Shown here one piece after another: positions 1 to 16,439 of a stretch of DNA of 64,000 nucleotides. The stretch lies in the NCBI RefSeq assembly GCF_009914755.1, contig NC_060937.1; one strand, given 5' to 3'. A program made the translations under genes and the position numbers. Source of the DNA: the human T2T-CHM13v2.0 reference genome, Homo sapiens. Numbering within the stretch: position 1 is the first letter of the stretch; the number at the start of each line of letters is the position of its first letter. The notes below the pieces were generated by a model. The model was not told the DNA's origin, ran no database searches, and saw nothing but the letters and a program-made list of their open reading frames with translations.

Positions 1-303
1 TTTGCAGGGTAACGAAAAGGTTTTAGAATTAACAGTGATGGTTGCACAACTTTGTGTATATATTACAAACAACTGAATTATCTAAAAACTTTAAAAGGGT
101 TAATTTTATAATATATCAGTTGTATCAGAATAGAAATATTAAAAGAAAAAAAGAAAGATCAATCTGAAACAAACTGGTTCTGGAAAGGCCTTCAGGTTTA
201 GATGCTGTGTTTCTATTCCAACTAGGAACCTTGGGATAACCCCTCTGGAATAAAGCTGAAAGGAATATGGCTAACCCTAAAACATCTTAGAAAATATTAA
301 CAT

Positions 304-599
<296 letters not shown>

Positions 600-1000
600 T
601 ACACCATGGAATACTATGCAGCCATAAAAAATGATGAGTTCATGTCCTTTGTAGGGACATGGATGAAATTGGAAACCATCATTCTCAGTAAACTATCGCA
701 AGAACAAAAAACCAAACACCGCATATTCTCACTCATAGGTGGGAATTGAACAATGAGATCACATGGACACAGGAAGGGGAATATCACACTCTGGGGACTG
801 TGGTGGGGTCGGGGGAGGGGGGAGGGATAGCATTGGGAGATATACCTAATGCTAGATGACACGTTAGTGGGTGCAGCGCACCAGCATGGCACATGTATAC
901 ATATGTAACTAACCTGCACAATGTGCACATGTACCCTAAAACTTAGAGTATAATAAAAAAAAAAATTAAAAAAAAAAAAATAAATAAAAAAAAAAAAAGA
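600..1000 (+). mobile_element. L1HS pre-Ta 3' end, 5'-truncated, in Alu tail
   Basis: ORF2 end + 3' UTR; diagnostic ACG at 861-863 and G at 946; long A tail. Confidence 0.88.
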
Positions 1001-1290
1001 AAGAAAATATTAACACTTCCCTCTAGGGCAGCTGGAGTGTGGCTCTCACCTCTCCAAACTGTTCTTTATGCTTACTAAATTTATTGTTTTCTTCATTCAT
1101 TTACTTGTTTAGACATAAGGGAAATTGGCATAAAGAAGTATGCCACAGTATATTCAAAACTATGACATTAAACGAAAGAACAAAATTCATTGTATTTGAT
1201 AATTGCCTAAACATTAAAATAATGAATAATAATAATTCCCTAAGAAGAGCATAGTGCTGAGGAAAGGAATGTTTGCTAAAGAAAGGAATT

Positions 1291-1460
1291 GCTGGGCATG
1301 GTGGCACATGCCCTGTAGTCCCAGCTACTTGGGAGACTGAGGTGGGAGGATCGCTTGAACCCTGGGAGATGGAGGCTGCAGTGAGCTGTGATCACACCAT
1401 TGCACTCCAGCCTAGGTGAGAGAGTGAGACTCATCTCTAAAAAAAAATAAAATAAAAAGA
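1291..1460 (+). mobile_element. Alu right monomer/FRAM
   Basis: Single Alu arm with A tail. Confidence 0.85.
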
Positions 1461-2205
1461 AATAACTTGTTTTTCTAATTTCCTCGTGTTTCCCTTGTTC
1501 TTGTAGGTTCCTATTAGTTTGTCTCCTCTCCAGTCTTTAGTGCTTCTAGCTTTCATATTGGGTTGAGTAGATCATAAAATTCATTAGCTTTGAATACTGT
1601 AACAGTTAGAAAACTAGTTGGAAAGCATGTTGAAATAAATTTGAAGTAAGAGGCTTCATTTTTTATATTTAATACTATATTCTTCTAAAATTCACAGATA
1701 CCTACATTTAATACTTTACTGCTTATTCTTAAAATTAACACTGAGTTTTCACCTTAATACATCTCTTAATATTTTAAATTAAGTATCATTATCTATGATT
1801 TGAGAATATGGAAGTGATAACTCCATGACATTTTGGGTAATTCCGCCTTTATTGTAAATTCCTTACAGACTTAATACCATCTTTGCTATAACAAAGGAAG
1901 TAAAATGTATTTGTTATAGAATTATTGGGATGGTAAATGAGAAAGTGTCACAAAGCCATTCCTATTTAGGTCCTCCTCTCCTTAATTCTTTATGATAACA
2001 TATAGATCCTTGGAAGTGTCAAAAGCCTTGTACTCACAAATGTCATTGTTTTTAATTTTCATTAATGAGAAGAGTAGGCACTGAAATAAGGCACTGAAAA
2101 CCTTGCTTTTAAAAGTAAGATATTTGATATCAGGCCTGGATGGACTGGTTCTTTCTGTGTTTTTTCTTAACATGCGATCCCATATGTGTTTGCTTTTCTT
2201 TCCAG

Positions 2206-2323
2206 GTTTAAGAGCAGGACTGGCTGCCTCAATTGCTGGGAGTTCGATTATCAACAAAATGTTACTGGCAAACATTGATCCTTTTGGTGCCACGCCGTTT
2301 ATTGACCCGGATCTAGATTCCGT
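2206..2323 (+). CDS. DGKH: DGKH coding exon (approx. exon 18): (G)[39 protein letters not shown]
   Basis: ttttctttccag acceptor, GT|gtaaga donor; 118 nt, phase 1 to 2; peptide recognised as type II DGK eta. Confidence 0.96.
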
Positions 2324-3293
2324 GTAAGAAAATGCTTTTGCAAATATTTTGTTTGGGTTTTTCTTGTTTTTTTTTTTTTTCAACATGAACTGTAACATTT
2401 TAAATGTATTACAATAAATATGGTCCCATGTAAAAAAAGGATGATCAGAAAATTACAAAAGTTGATAATGCCAAGCACATTGAGTCTTTTAAAATTCAGT
2501 GGTCTCCGTGATCTGTCCCTGAGATAGGTCCTTTTCCAGCCCGTTCTCTCTGAGAGCAACCCTCTGGCAAAGGAAGGCACCAATAAATAGAACTGATGCT
2601 ATTCCCTTTACCTCCTTTCTTCTCAGTCTTGCCAGATCTGTCATCTTTCCACGTCAGCTTCTAGGTTTACTTATTTTGGGAATCTTTTGGCCCACACTGA
2701 TCTCTTCCCTTCTTAAGACTCCTACAATTTTTTGGCATTTCAAGATATACTTTCTTTTACTTCCTTTTTAAATTTTGCTTTTGTTATATCATTTCTGTAA
2801 TGACATTCCTCAAGGACAGTACCATATTTTAAACGTTCCAAAACACCTGGAAGAATGGATTGGATCTAGTACTTTTTTGCTCAATAAATATTTGTCCATT
2901 GTTAAGTGTAGAAATGGAGGGGACTTTCTAATGATAAAAAAGAGAGAGAGAGAATTGGCACCTGACTGTAAAGCCTTCCCATAATCACCTGCATTTTTTC
3001 TGTGTAGTGAGGAACTTAAGTAGAAATAGAACTAAGATTTTGTTACAGTTAGAGAAAATCACACCATAACTGTGTGTCTTACTCACCATCCCTTTATGTC
3101 ACATGTACCAGAAATTGTACACATGTCCTGTGGTTGTACACATGGCATAGGAATAGGAAGTGATTAGTGCTAAGTTTTACAATCTGCTATAAAATGAAAG
3201 CTTAAATGGTTTTAAGTACTATCTTGTGTACAAATTGTAATTGTTATAATGAATCTCAAATTGACTTTGATGTACTTTTCCCTGTGATCATAG

Positions 3294-3404
3294 AGATGGA
3301 TATTCAGAAAAATGTGTCATGAACAATTACTTTGGGATTGGATTAGATGCAAAAATTTCATTAGAATTTAATAATAAAAGAGAGGAGCACCCTGAAAAAT
3401 GCAG
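3294..3404 (+). CDS. DGKH: DGKH exon: [37 protein letters not shown], start of DAGK accessory domain
   Basis: catag acceptor, AG|gtaatt donor; 111 nt; conserved MNNYFGIG motif. Confidence 0.97.
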
Positions 3405-3540
3405 GTAATTTTAGTAAAAGTAATAATGCTATTACATAAAGGCAATTTTTTCTTCATTTATTATGTCTTTTTGCTTGCTCTGCCTTTAAGGAGTAAATAA
3501 ATAAAATTTCCTGAAATTGCCTGCCAATATTTATTTTCAG

Positions 3541-3637
3541 GAGCCGAACTAAAAACTTGATGTGGTATGGAGTCCTTGGAACCCGGGAGTTATTACAGAG
3601 ATCGTACAAGAATTTAGAACAAAGGGTTCAACTTGAG
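3541..3637 (+). CDS. DGKH: DGKH exon: [32 protein letters not shown]
   Basis: ttttcag acceptor, GAG|gtaagt donor; 97 nt, restores phase 0. Confidence 0.97.
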
Positions 3638-4659
3638 GTAAGTTCATCTTAAAGTAAAGATATTTCATATTATCTTACTTAAAAAAATATCGTTTTGGAG
3701 CTAATTTGACCTAAATGCGTTTTGATTAGCAATTAAATAAATATTCAAGGGGAAAAATGAATGTGATTATCAACTTTGTACTAAAGGAAGTATATACACA
3801 GGATATGAATGACACACTTAATTATCATCATCATTATCTCCTGAAATTGGGGCTACTCTGGAGTTGTGGTGCCCCACGTAAAAGTGGAGCCAAGGGAGCA
3901 CATTTATAGGAGAGGGTTTTTAATGGATTTTCTCATTTAAGCTTCCAAATTCTGACCCAATTCTGTAATAACAAAAGTTTTTCAAATCCCTGAAAATAGC
4001 ATTTGAAGTAAATAGAATCTTTTAATTTAAATATACGTTTATTTTTTGCTCCAATTATTTCTAACAACAAGTAAAATTAAAAGAGATTTTGAGCATTTAA
4101 ATGTTTTACTGTTTTTTACTAATTTAAATAGGAAATTAAGGACAGAAAAAGTTATTTTATTTCTTCCAACAACAGAAACAACAAGGCTGAGGATATAGCT
4201 CTAAAAAGACTATTAATTTCTGTGAATTTTATTTTATTTTACCTTTGATCCAGGACTCACTGTTTATGCCGATGGGGCATGTCTTTCCTATCTTGTATCT
4301 TTTTGTAACTATATATTTTTAATTAAAGCATATCATACATATAGAAAATTATGAAATCTTAAGTCTACAGCTCAACAAAATAAATAGAACATTATTATTT
4401 GGGGTGTTATCCAAACACTGGAATGTGGACTAAAGAGGTGTCTCGCTCATTCTTTAAAAACTGTATTTCCTAGTGAAGATGAGCCTATTATACTTTCCAC
4501 TCTAAACATACAACTGTATGATCAGCTGGTTTGATTTATTATTGCTTATAAAATTAAGATAGACTTACTGGATAAAAAGGTACAAAATCAGGAAGGTTCA
4601 CATTTTGTAAATGCTATCCTTGACACCCCATACCCAGGTCAGCTTAGGTGCTCTCCTAA

Positions 4660-5103
<444 letters not shown>

Positions 5104-5339
5104 TGAGGGTGAAATAGATGGGTAAGTGATCACTTTAGCACAATTTATTAAGTGCTGTGATCAAGCATAGCCAGCTATCTTTAAGGGTTGAAAAACTGGC
5201 TGGATCTGAATGGCTGGATGGTCTTAGTTCCTGGAAGAGCCTCAGCTCTTCAGAAATAGGATTAGTAACCTCTTGTACTGGTGTTCCAAATTTTGAACAA
5301 GATATCTTATTTACACAGCTGCTTTGTACTCTCCTTTTT

Positions 5340-5830
5340 AAAAGGTTCTTAATCTTTTTTGAGTTGTAGGCACCTTTGGCATTCTGGTGAAAATAAAGAC
5401 CCCTTCTCAGAATATTGTTTTCAAATGCATTATATGAAATACAGACTTACAAAAGAAGACTTACCAATAAGATTAAAATAAATTAACAACATATTTTTAT
5501 GTTGCTAAAGAATAATATATGTGTTTCATCGTTACCGTATCAAATAAAAATCTAATGGCATGTCTAATAAATACCATAACTTCAAAGTGATGATGAACTT
5601 ATATACAAGATATCTGAAACATCTATAACGTAATATAAAAATGTCTCATTTCGATTGATGATGAAATCACGGGTGTTACTAATGCCTTTTTTCCCCTACA
5701 TTTATAATTGAGGGCGATGCTAAACTTCAGAGGTTAGTGAACATAAAGATACAGATTTTTACCATGAAGTTAACAAGTCACCTGAATCTATCCATGGACT
5801 CCTGGTTTCTGAACCTTAAGTTAAGAACAC
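5340..5830. mobile_element. hAT-Charlie-type DNA transposon remnant
   Basis: ggttcttaa...ttaagaac inverted ends and remembered Charlie-like internal sequence. Confidence 0.5.
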
Positions 5831-6939
5831 TTGATATAGATGTATATGTTAAATGATAAGGGAAAATAAAATGAGTAAAACAAGATAAATGAAAACATGT
5901 TAATATACATAAAAATAAAGTAGAAAAAGTAGAGCACTCTTTGCCATCATTAACAAAAAATAGTAACAATAAAGTAAACCAAAAAGATACATTCTACTTC
6001 TAAAGACGATGGAAGGCCGTTGTCTAAAAATTCATTTTTCTGATGATGGTTCACTCGGGATAAAGGTGGAAAAGAGAGACCCACACCTTGGGAGGCTCTT
6101 TCCAGAGAGACGCCTTCACCAATGGCCTTCCTTTTTAGCTTTCTACTCTTACCTTTTTCCTCAGATAAGTTTTCCCTCCCCGTTATGTTGTTGGTATGGA
6201 ACGAGGCTGACTTCATGTCTTAACTTTAAATTTGTGCAGAACAAAGACTTTGACCTTGGTTTCCCTATATACGAAATTGATAAAATAATGATTTTATGCA
6301 AATCATAAATAAATGAGCCCAAGGTACTGTAAATCACAGTGTGAATGGGAAAGAACTGTACAAATGCAAACTTTGTTTCCCAAGCCACATTATCAGTGAT
6401 TCTGATATATACTCAACTTTCAGAAACTTGGAGTGAGATTTAGAATCCTTTTTACAATGATGGGAATTCCAGAAATGTAAATAACGTCACAGTATCATAT
6501 TTTGCTACTTTTAGAGTAGAAACACCTTTCACATGTAAATGGAAGAATTGTATTAAAATTCCAAACATTTTTTGTAAGAAGGATGACTTTTTTGCCCATA
6601 ATATACGTAATTTACATGGGTTAAGGAGACTGTTCTATTTATTAACTGAAATAATAATTATATATTGTTTCAAGTTCTGTAAGTACTAAGATACATGGAG
6701 AAAAACAAATAACTTTAAAAAACAGTCTTCATCTGTAGGCTATAATGAAATATGTGATTGAGAACAAGTAGTTGTTTAATTCACATTTTTAGTTATTTCA
6801 AATCTTCCCATAATCTGTATCTTTTTAAAAAACAAAATAAATTTAGTTTATTATATTAATAGTAATTTCTGTATTTGTTTAATTCATTTCAGTAATAACT
6901 AGTTGTAACTACTTTTTAAATCATTTTGAATGAAGTTTA

Positions 6940-7290
6940 CTGTGTGCCTTCTACATACCACCTTTAATTCTTAACAACTCATGAGGTAGGTATTATTATT
7001 CAGTTCGGAAGAGTAAAGGCATTGCTTAAGTTCAAACAGCTGATAAGTGGAAGAGCCAACATTTCAAATCCAGTGTTTTTTCCATAAGACAATTTGTAAT
7101 TATAACTGAAGAAGGAAATTTACTGACTTCCCACATGTGTTCTAGGTGCTTTTCTTTACCTTATCTCATTGGCCTCACTGTGTGCTAAGAATTGTTAGCC
7201 CATTTTACAGATGAGCAAAGTGAAGCTCTAAAAGCTTAAGGGACTTACCCAAATACTAAGTGACAGAATTCAATCCAGCTCCACCATCTT
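6940..7290. mobile_element. MIR fragments
   Basis: cattttacagatgag...MIR core. Confidence 0.6.
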
Positions 7291-7416
7291 CCCTCCATAT
7301 CAGATTGTCTGGTGAAAGGAGCAGAGAAAACAAACACTAATGAGAAATATATATATAGCTGCAGTTTTGTAGCATTTTGCAACATCATGAACCACAAATA
7401 GAAACATGGGATGGCT

Positions 7417-7600
7417 AGGGAGCCAGCTCTGGTGGTGTGCACCTATAATCCCAGCTACTTGGAAGCCTGAGGCAGGAGGATTGCTTGAGCCCAGGAGTTC
7501 AAGACTGCAGTAAGCTGTGATGGCACCACTACATTCTATCCTGAGCGACAGAGCAAGACCACATCTCTCAAAAAGAATAAATAAATAAAAATAAAGGATA
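7417..7600 (+). mobile_element. Alu monomer (FRAM/AluJ arm)
   Basis: Single arm with A tail. Confidence 0.8.
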
Positions 7601-9772
7601 TATGGGGCTACTGGAAATATTTTTTAAAAATTTAACACTCCTGAAGTTTTTCCTGGATATGAGAAACTTTTAAATCATGTGAATTTGTTAATTTGTTGAA
7701 TCTGTATTCCTCGTATTTTTCCTATGAGACTCTATGAAATGGACATTAAGCATTTAGATTTAGATGTGTTGCTTAATATATATATATTCACTTCAGCACC
7801 GCACATAGGACTTCTTTCTGAAAATCTTCATCGTTTTCCATACCATGTTTGCAAATAAAGTGCATCCATTTGGAAAATCTTTTTAAAATATTTCTTTTAT
7901 ATTTACAGAGATAGTATTTTTCCCCATTTCCTTTGTTAGTCATATGATTTAAAGCAGCTTTTTCTAAAGCACATAAAGATATCTGTTTAATGTATTGGGT
8001 TGAGAAAAAGTTTATTATTCTGTTAAGTATTTCATATTTATTCATTGAACAAATATACATTGAGCACCAATTATGTGCCAGACAAACCCCCAGGTGCATG
8101 GACCTTTGAATGTGAAAAGCTAAACCTGCTAATGGTTAACACTGTGTTTTCATGAAAAAGAAGAAAAGGAATTGTGAAACATTCCCGTGAAGGTAAATCA
8201 ACCAATCCTGGCCTTCATCCATTACACCATTCCAATCAGCCAATAACCCTGAGGTCTTCCCAAGAACTGACTTTGGCTGAATTAGCGAACACAAGCTTCT
8301 GTGTGATTCTGATGGTGAACATTTTTTGCAGTACTTGGGGATGAGATTAACCTCCTATGCATCCTCACTAAGCTCTTATTCTTCCCCATTCTCAGATTCA
8401 CAGAGCAGAGAAGTCCCTTACGGGTTGGTCTTGGACCAGCTGTAACAATTTCCAAGTGTTTGCTGGTCTCTGCCCTGGATTTTCACCAGTTTAGCGAGCT
8501 AACTTGGAGAATCAGAACCTCACTACTGAATAGACATTAAAGAAAATATTGGTACTCTTGACATTGAGACCTTTTCCTTCCATCTTTGCTAAACCCAAAC
8601 CATCCTAGACCAGTAGGACTTAATACTCTTTTTAATGAGATGTCCCATTACAGAAACTCTTTCCCTCACCTTGGTTTCTCCCCTAGAACAAATTATTCTC
8701 TCACAGTCTCAGAAATACAGTTTATTTCTTTCTGTTGGAAATCATTTTTATTGGGCATTAAAATGTAATTTTTAAGAAGCTATGTTAATTATTTTTAATA
8801 TAAGAATTATTTAATGAAAATATAGCATCCATTTTAGGTGTGACATCTGTAAGCTCTTCTCTTTTAAAATGAAGGCTTAAACATTTCCATTGGATTTAAA
8901 TGTTCACTTAGAAAAATGTTAAGTGGTTTGGTTTAAATGTTAATTAAAATAATAAGTATGATCATAAAATGTATGTAACATAATTATGCTCATTTTTCTT
9001 GAGTAATTCTTAAAAAATTAGTTTCATAACTAATTGTTTCCTTAATAGCCAACTAGACTTTATTTAAAAGTTAATAGAATAAACAGCATTAATTGAAATT
9101 AAGAAACAACATTTATGAGAGAAGGTAACAGTTCTGCTTCTACTCAGTAAGAATTTATTCACATCCATTCACCAGCCATATCCTTTTTTTCCATTTACAT
9201 GGTAATTTACTTTTCATTTAAGTGCTTAATGAGAAAGTAAGGACTGCAAGGAGCTTTCTGAGATGCATATATTTTTGCTTGACTTTGGTTCTGACTTGTA
9301 CTTGAAGTATTCAGCTTTGAGTTTCACCAGTCCCCAGGTGGTTGTAGAGCCCCAGCAATGTACCAGGGACTGTGAGAGGGGCTAAGTGAGATGGTTAGGA
9401 TCAACTTTCTCTTACCCAGTCTGCTTTCAAAAAGATGCTTAAAATAAGTACATAGAGGACCACAATGCAGGTGAAAGTACATAAAAGGCCTGAAAATGAT
9501 TCAAGAAAAGGACTCCCTGGTTTTGGAGGAAAGAGGTAAAGCATTTCTTTAAAAATCAGTTTTTTGTAATAACTTCTGCTATAGTTATTTATACTTCAAA
9601 CTTTTTTTAATTAAAAAAATAAGATAAATGATTTGGTAACGTGTAGAGAGCAGACATTACGAACACACTGTGCTCCATTGTCCTTCATCTTTAGTGTTTT
9701 AGTATCTTCCATACTAGTGGTTCTGCTCTTTTTATCTAATCTCTACTTTTTTTTTTTTTTTTTACCTTACAG

Positions 9773-9880
9773 TGTGATGGGCAGTATATTCCTCTTCCCA
9801 GCTTGCAAGGCATAGCCGTGTTGAACATTCCCAGCTATGCTGGAGGCACTAACTTTTGGGGTGGAACTAAAGAGGATGAT
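9773..9880 (+). CDS. DGKH: DGKH exon: [36 protein letters not shown]
   Basis: poly-T tract + ttacag, GAT|gtaagt; 108 nt; [12 protein letters not shown] motif. Confidence 0.97.
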
Positions 9881-10214
9881 GTAAGTAATGGGAGTAAATA
9901 GTTTGTTTCCTCAAAAATAATTATATCACTGGAATAATTTGCTTTTGTAAATGGGCTGTTGAATTGTAGTTTAATTTCATGTTAAATATTTTGCACTGGG
10001 TAAGTGAGGCATGGAATAGATTTATTTAAGATTTTATTGTAACAGTCTCTTGTGGATGTACTCCAACTTTTCTCATGTTGAAGATACAGATATTCGTATC
10101 TTGGGATGTATGTCACAATTTTCTGGATGAACATTAAATAGTGGGTCTGCTTTTGGAAAGTAGATTTATGAAATAAGGAAGGGAAGATTTTACTTTTTAA
10201 TTTTATACCTGCAT

Positions 10215-11223
<1,009 letters not shown>

Positions 11224-12682
11224 TAATTTTCTAAACTTGTGTGTGTATATATTTTTTATTTTCAGAAATATCAAGAGGGCTCATTTGGCCGGTCGAGTTT
11301 AGGGCTATTTTTGTTTTTCTTTTCATACTTTTCTATATTAGAAAAAGAAGAAAACACAACCTTACAAATGTAATTGTTGTGAAAAGAATGAAAGAGAGGG
11401 CACAATTATTAAAGTGTATATATATTATATATATATATATCAGTAAAAATGAGAAGTGTTATCACAGTCTTTATTTGAAGAGTCACATCCATTGATTTGA
11501 GTTTATGATATAATGATATAATGGTTCCTACTGATCTGTTATTCTCAAAGATCTTAAATGGACAGATAGGGATACAGTATAAGATCAATTGGAAAGTATT
11601 TGTAATTTTCATGACATAAATATATTCCAGTCCTATTCGAGTATAAAAGCATCTTTTGTCTGCTTGTCACTATTAAGTATTTTGAAGGGGAGAAATCAGT
11701 GAGATTAAGGTAAATAAAGCCAACATTCCTTGAACACCTGCTAGGTAGTCCGACAATGTTCTAAGAGCTTCACATTCATTATTTAATGTCCACGTTGTTT
11801 ATTTGATTTTTACTGCTGAAGAATCTAAGACAAAGTTTCCAGTTAGTAATAGCAGAGACAGGGTTTAAATTCAGGCAGTATAATAAAAAAATTACAAATT
11901 ACAATGTTAGCAACTTTGTGTCCTGATATTTTCAGTGAAAGTTTTAATTAGCTTATTACTTTATACTGAAAATTGTTTCAGATGCATATTATTTATGATA
12001 TAGTAAAAGAGAGAGTAAGGTAATACAGCCTACATATAAAATTTTAGAGTAAATTAATTTTGTGAAAATGCATCTAATGTAAAGACAAAATAAGTCTGCA
12101 TAATTTTTATCTTCTGAGGTTTCTATTTGCATACTCTCAAGTTCCCTCAAAAGTTTTGTATTAAAATATAAAGCACATATGTATATTGCTTGTAAAACCT
12201 TGAAAGATTTCCCTTAGAATATATCAAGTAAACTGGATCATAATTTGCATCTTCATTAGCTTTAACTTTATGAAACTATATCACCTTTCTATGACACTAT
12301 ATCGCCTTTGTAGTTTTTTTTAGATTTCCAAAACTTACATGTATCATCTTATTAACATGTTTGAATTAGGTATGAACATGTATTTAACATGTTTTATTCC
12401 AAGGTGAATTATTTAGAAATATATTAGTTAACTGGTCCAAAGAGTAGTTTAATGAGAGGTATGAGTAGTATATCCGTGTATATTTGAAAACCCTTTTTAA
12501 AGTTAGGTTTATTGGAAGTCATCTTCAGAGATTTTTTTCTTGGATTATTATTTCCTAATAATATTTACTTAAATATATTATTAAATATATTAAATATATA
12601 TAGATATATATTGCAGTTTACATTGCTTAACGTGCTCTTCACCTAAACATTCAGTAGAAGTGTAATGTAGTTTTTCTTTCAG

Positions 12683-12796
12683 ATATTTGCTGCACCATCC
12701 TTTGATGACAAGATCCTGGAAGTTGTAGCAATATTTGATAGCATGCAAATGGCAGTTTCAAGGGTCATTAAACTGCAGCATCATCGAATAGCCCAG
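12683..12796 (+). CDS. DGKH: DGKH exon: [38 protein letters not shown]
   Basis: tttctttcag acceptor, CAG|gttggt donor; 114 nt; DDxxLEVV motif. Confidence 0.97.
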
Positions 12797-13054
12797 GTTG
12801 GTTTCTCTCGTCAAACCTGACTGCACTTCTTGGGCTAAGGAGGGTTGAAGGAATCTATTCTAAACAACTCGTACACTGGATATTCATCTATAATATTCTG
12901 ACTTTGTTGTCATATCAGTTTTTACCATGTCATTTATAAGTGATAAAGCATAATAGTCTATTCTGTAGAATAGTCTAATACTCAAGCCTTCATAAAGATT
13001 GAGTGTCATTTTCTCTGGATGATTTGTACTCTAAAATGATTTGTTTTATTTCAG

Positions 13055-13189
13055 TGCCGTACAGTGAAAATCACTATATTTGGTGACGAAGGAGTCCCAG
13101 TGCAAGTGGATGGTGAAGCGTGGGTTCAGCCTCCAGGGATTATCAAAATTGTGCACAAAAACAGAGCACAAATGCTAACAAGGGACAGA
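13055..13189 (+). CDS. DGKH: DGKH exon: [45 protein letters not shown]
   Basis: tttcag acceptor, AGA|gtatgt donor; 135 nt; PVQVDGEAW motif (ORF 13064..13261). Confidence 0.97.
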
Positions 13190-13349
13190 GTATGTAACAA
13201 AAACATTCTTCTAGAATATTGTCAGGTTTTTAAAGAATCTGAAATTGTTATAAAAAAATAGAAAATGAAAACATTTAAATTGTCTCTTAAATCTGACATT
13301 TAGGTCATGGTGGTTTGAAATATGAACAAATATTTATTTATTTCAGTAG

Positions 13350-13770
13350 GAGTTTATTTTTTAGAGCCATTTTAGGTTTACAGAAAAACTGGGCAGAAAG
13401 TAAAGAGAATTCGAATTACGTTCCTATATACTTCCTCCTCCCCCTTCTTCCCTACACATGTAAATTCCCCTGTTAACATCTTGCATTAGTGTGGCACATT
13501 TGTTACAACTGTTGAGTCAATACTGATTGATTATTATTAACTAAAGTCCATAGTTTCCATTACTCTTTGAGTTGTACATCTGTGAGTTTGGACAAAGATA
13601 TAATCACTTGTATCCACCACTGCAGTATCATACAAAATTATTTCACGACCCTAAAAATTCCTTATGGTCTACCTGTTCATCCCTCCTTCCCTTACCCTTA
13701 CTCCTGGCAATCATTGATTTTTTTTTTTTTTTTTACTGTCTCTATTATTTTTCCTTTTGCAGAATATGTT
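13350..13770 (-). mobile_element. Old L1M 3' end fragment
   Basis: ttttaggtttacagaaaa...tggcaatcattga L1M 3' UTR pattern. Confidence 0.65.
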
Positions 13771-13889
13771 TTTAATTAAGGTCTGTCTTTATCAAAGAAG
13801 ACTGCTAATATTTGCCCATCTAGTATATATAAAATAGTAAAGATTAAAGAATAAATTGAAGCAATAGTAAAGATTGAAGCATGAAATAT

Positions 13890-14100
13890 TTTTTTGTTTT
13901 TGTTTTTGTTTTGAAACAGTCCTGCTTCATTGCACATGCTGGAGTACAGTGGTGTGATCATAGCTCACTGCAACCTTAAACTCCTGGGCTCAAGCAATCC
14001 TCCTACCTCAGCCCAGCTAATTAAAAAAAAAATCTTTTTTGTAGAGATGAGGTCTTACTATGTTGCCTAGACTGGCCTCAGGTGATTGTCCCGCCTTGAC
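13890..14100 (-). mobile_element. AluJ, internally deleted
   Basis: Antisense Alu fragments. Confidence 0.85.
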
Positions 14101-14323
14101 CTAAATCTCTTTTTTAACTTTTAAATGATGTATTCATGATCATTGACTGCACTACTTTTCATGTGTTGCAGTACATTGGAAAACTTTGAAATGTCTTTTT
14201 TATACTTGTGATTTATTTGAGGAGTCATTAGAGAAAAAGCAATTGTAGTTTTATTAAAGCACACATTTACATGGACCTCTGAGTTCTAAACTAACAATTC
14301 GTTACAATATTGACTTTAAATAG

Positions 14324-14487
14324 GCCTTTGAGAGCACTCTGAAATCTTGGGAAGATAAGCAGAAGTGTGATTCTGGTAAACCAGTTCTCCGAACCCATTT
14401 GTACATCCATCACGCCATTGACTTGGCAACAGAAGAGGTGTCGCAGATGCAGCTATGCTCCCAGGCTGCAGAGGAGCTCATTACTAG
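14324..14487 (+). CDS. DGKH: DGKH exon: [55 protein letters not shown]
   Basis: weak aaatag acceptor with CTAAC branch candidate at ~14291, AG|gtaggg donor; 164 nt open in phase. Confidence 0.95.
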
Positions 14488-15063
14488 GTAGGGGGCTCTG
14501 CTGACTTTTCAGGCTGTGGGAACTGTGGTCTCAGCCAATTTTTGTTTTTTTAATCTTAATACATTGTTTCAGTAGTGGTATCAAAAAGAGATGCAATTAC
14601 TCTTCTTCACACAGCACTCTTTCCATTATTGTTTATTTCTCCATTTTATATACATCTTTACACTATACTACCTACTTATATGTTGCCTTCTAATTACTAA
14701 TTAAATGTTTATGGAATGGAGAGGGAAGTCTAAACATTCATCCTGTTCCAGAGAAGAGTCAGGAGCAAAAAGAATAAAAAGACTTCAAAAACCAATTTCT
14801 GACAAGTTATTAGAGAGATTTTGAGACCACACATAACATTAATTCCAATAGACAAAAAGAAAAGAGATAAAAAGCAAGCCTATGAGTGTTAAACAAATAA
14901 AAATCACTATGACCAGGGAAAACTTCAGAGGGGAGGAGGGACCATGGGCCAGTGTCTTACCTCCTCACCTGAGTCTTATCTACCGAATGGGGCTAATAAG
15001 AGCTGTTTCAATAGGGTGTGTGAAGATTAAATGAGACTCTAGGGATGAGTCCTATAAGCACAT

Positions 15064-15737
<674 letters not shown>

Positions 15738-16439
15738 CACATCATGTCTGGCATATTGAGTGCTCTGTGTATAGTAACTTAAGATTCTTCCCACACCTTC
15801 ATCTGGTCACTGATAAAAATGTTGAAAAAGAAAAGAAGGAAAGCAAAGCTCAGTGGTTTCAGCGGCTAACTCACATCTTTCCTCCTCTCTACTATTTGCC
15901 ATCTGCTCCCCTCCCATTCCTTACTCTCTTTAAATATTTATTAGATAACTAGACTGTGTGAGATGTTAGAGACAGAAGAGAAAAGGCATACACCCCCTAC
16001 TGCTGGACCAACATTCAGAATTAGAATCAAGTCTTACAACTGCAAAATACTGGGCAGCTCAGAAGAAAGGGAAGAGAAAATGAATATTTACTCAGCTATA
16101 CCCACACAGCTGCATTATTGTACATCTCGGCTTCTTATCCATAGGGTTGTTAGTTTCAGACTAAATACATCTCTTTTAGATACTACAGACAACTTCTGTG
16201 GCCTCTAATTTACAGTGTTTTTTTGAAACCAAAATATACTTCCCATGTTCTCATCCTGTGAACCAGCCAAATAATCTTATTGTAAAAAGGAAGCGAAGAT
16301 TGACTAGGCTTGCTTCTGGTCAACGTAGTTTGGCTTCCCATCTGTTTTTAAATTTTGCAGATGAAATCAGGCTCACTTGTCTATTTTCAGAATTTATTCA
16401 TTGACTATGCAAACATATTCAATTTTTGAACCTCTTCTT

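Noticed and set aside
1982-2398. 138-aa antisense ORF over a DGKH exon
   Set aside because: Shadow of the coding exon plus poly-A/T runs; no domain, promoter or splice support.
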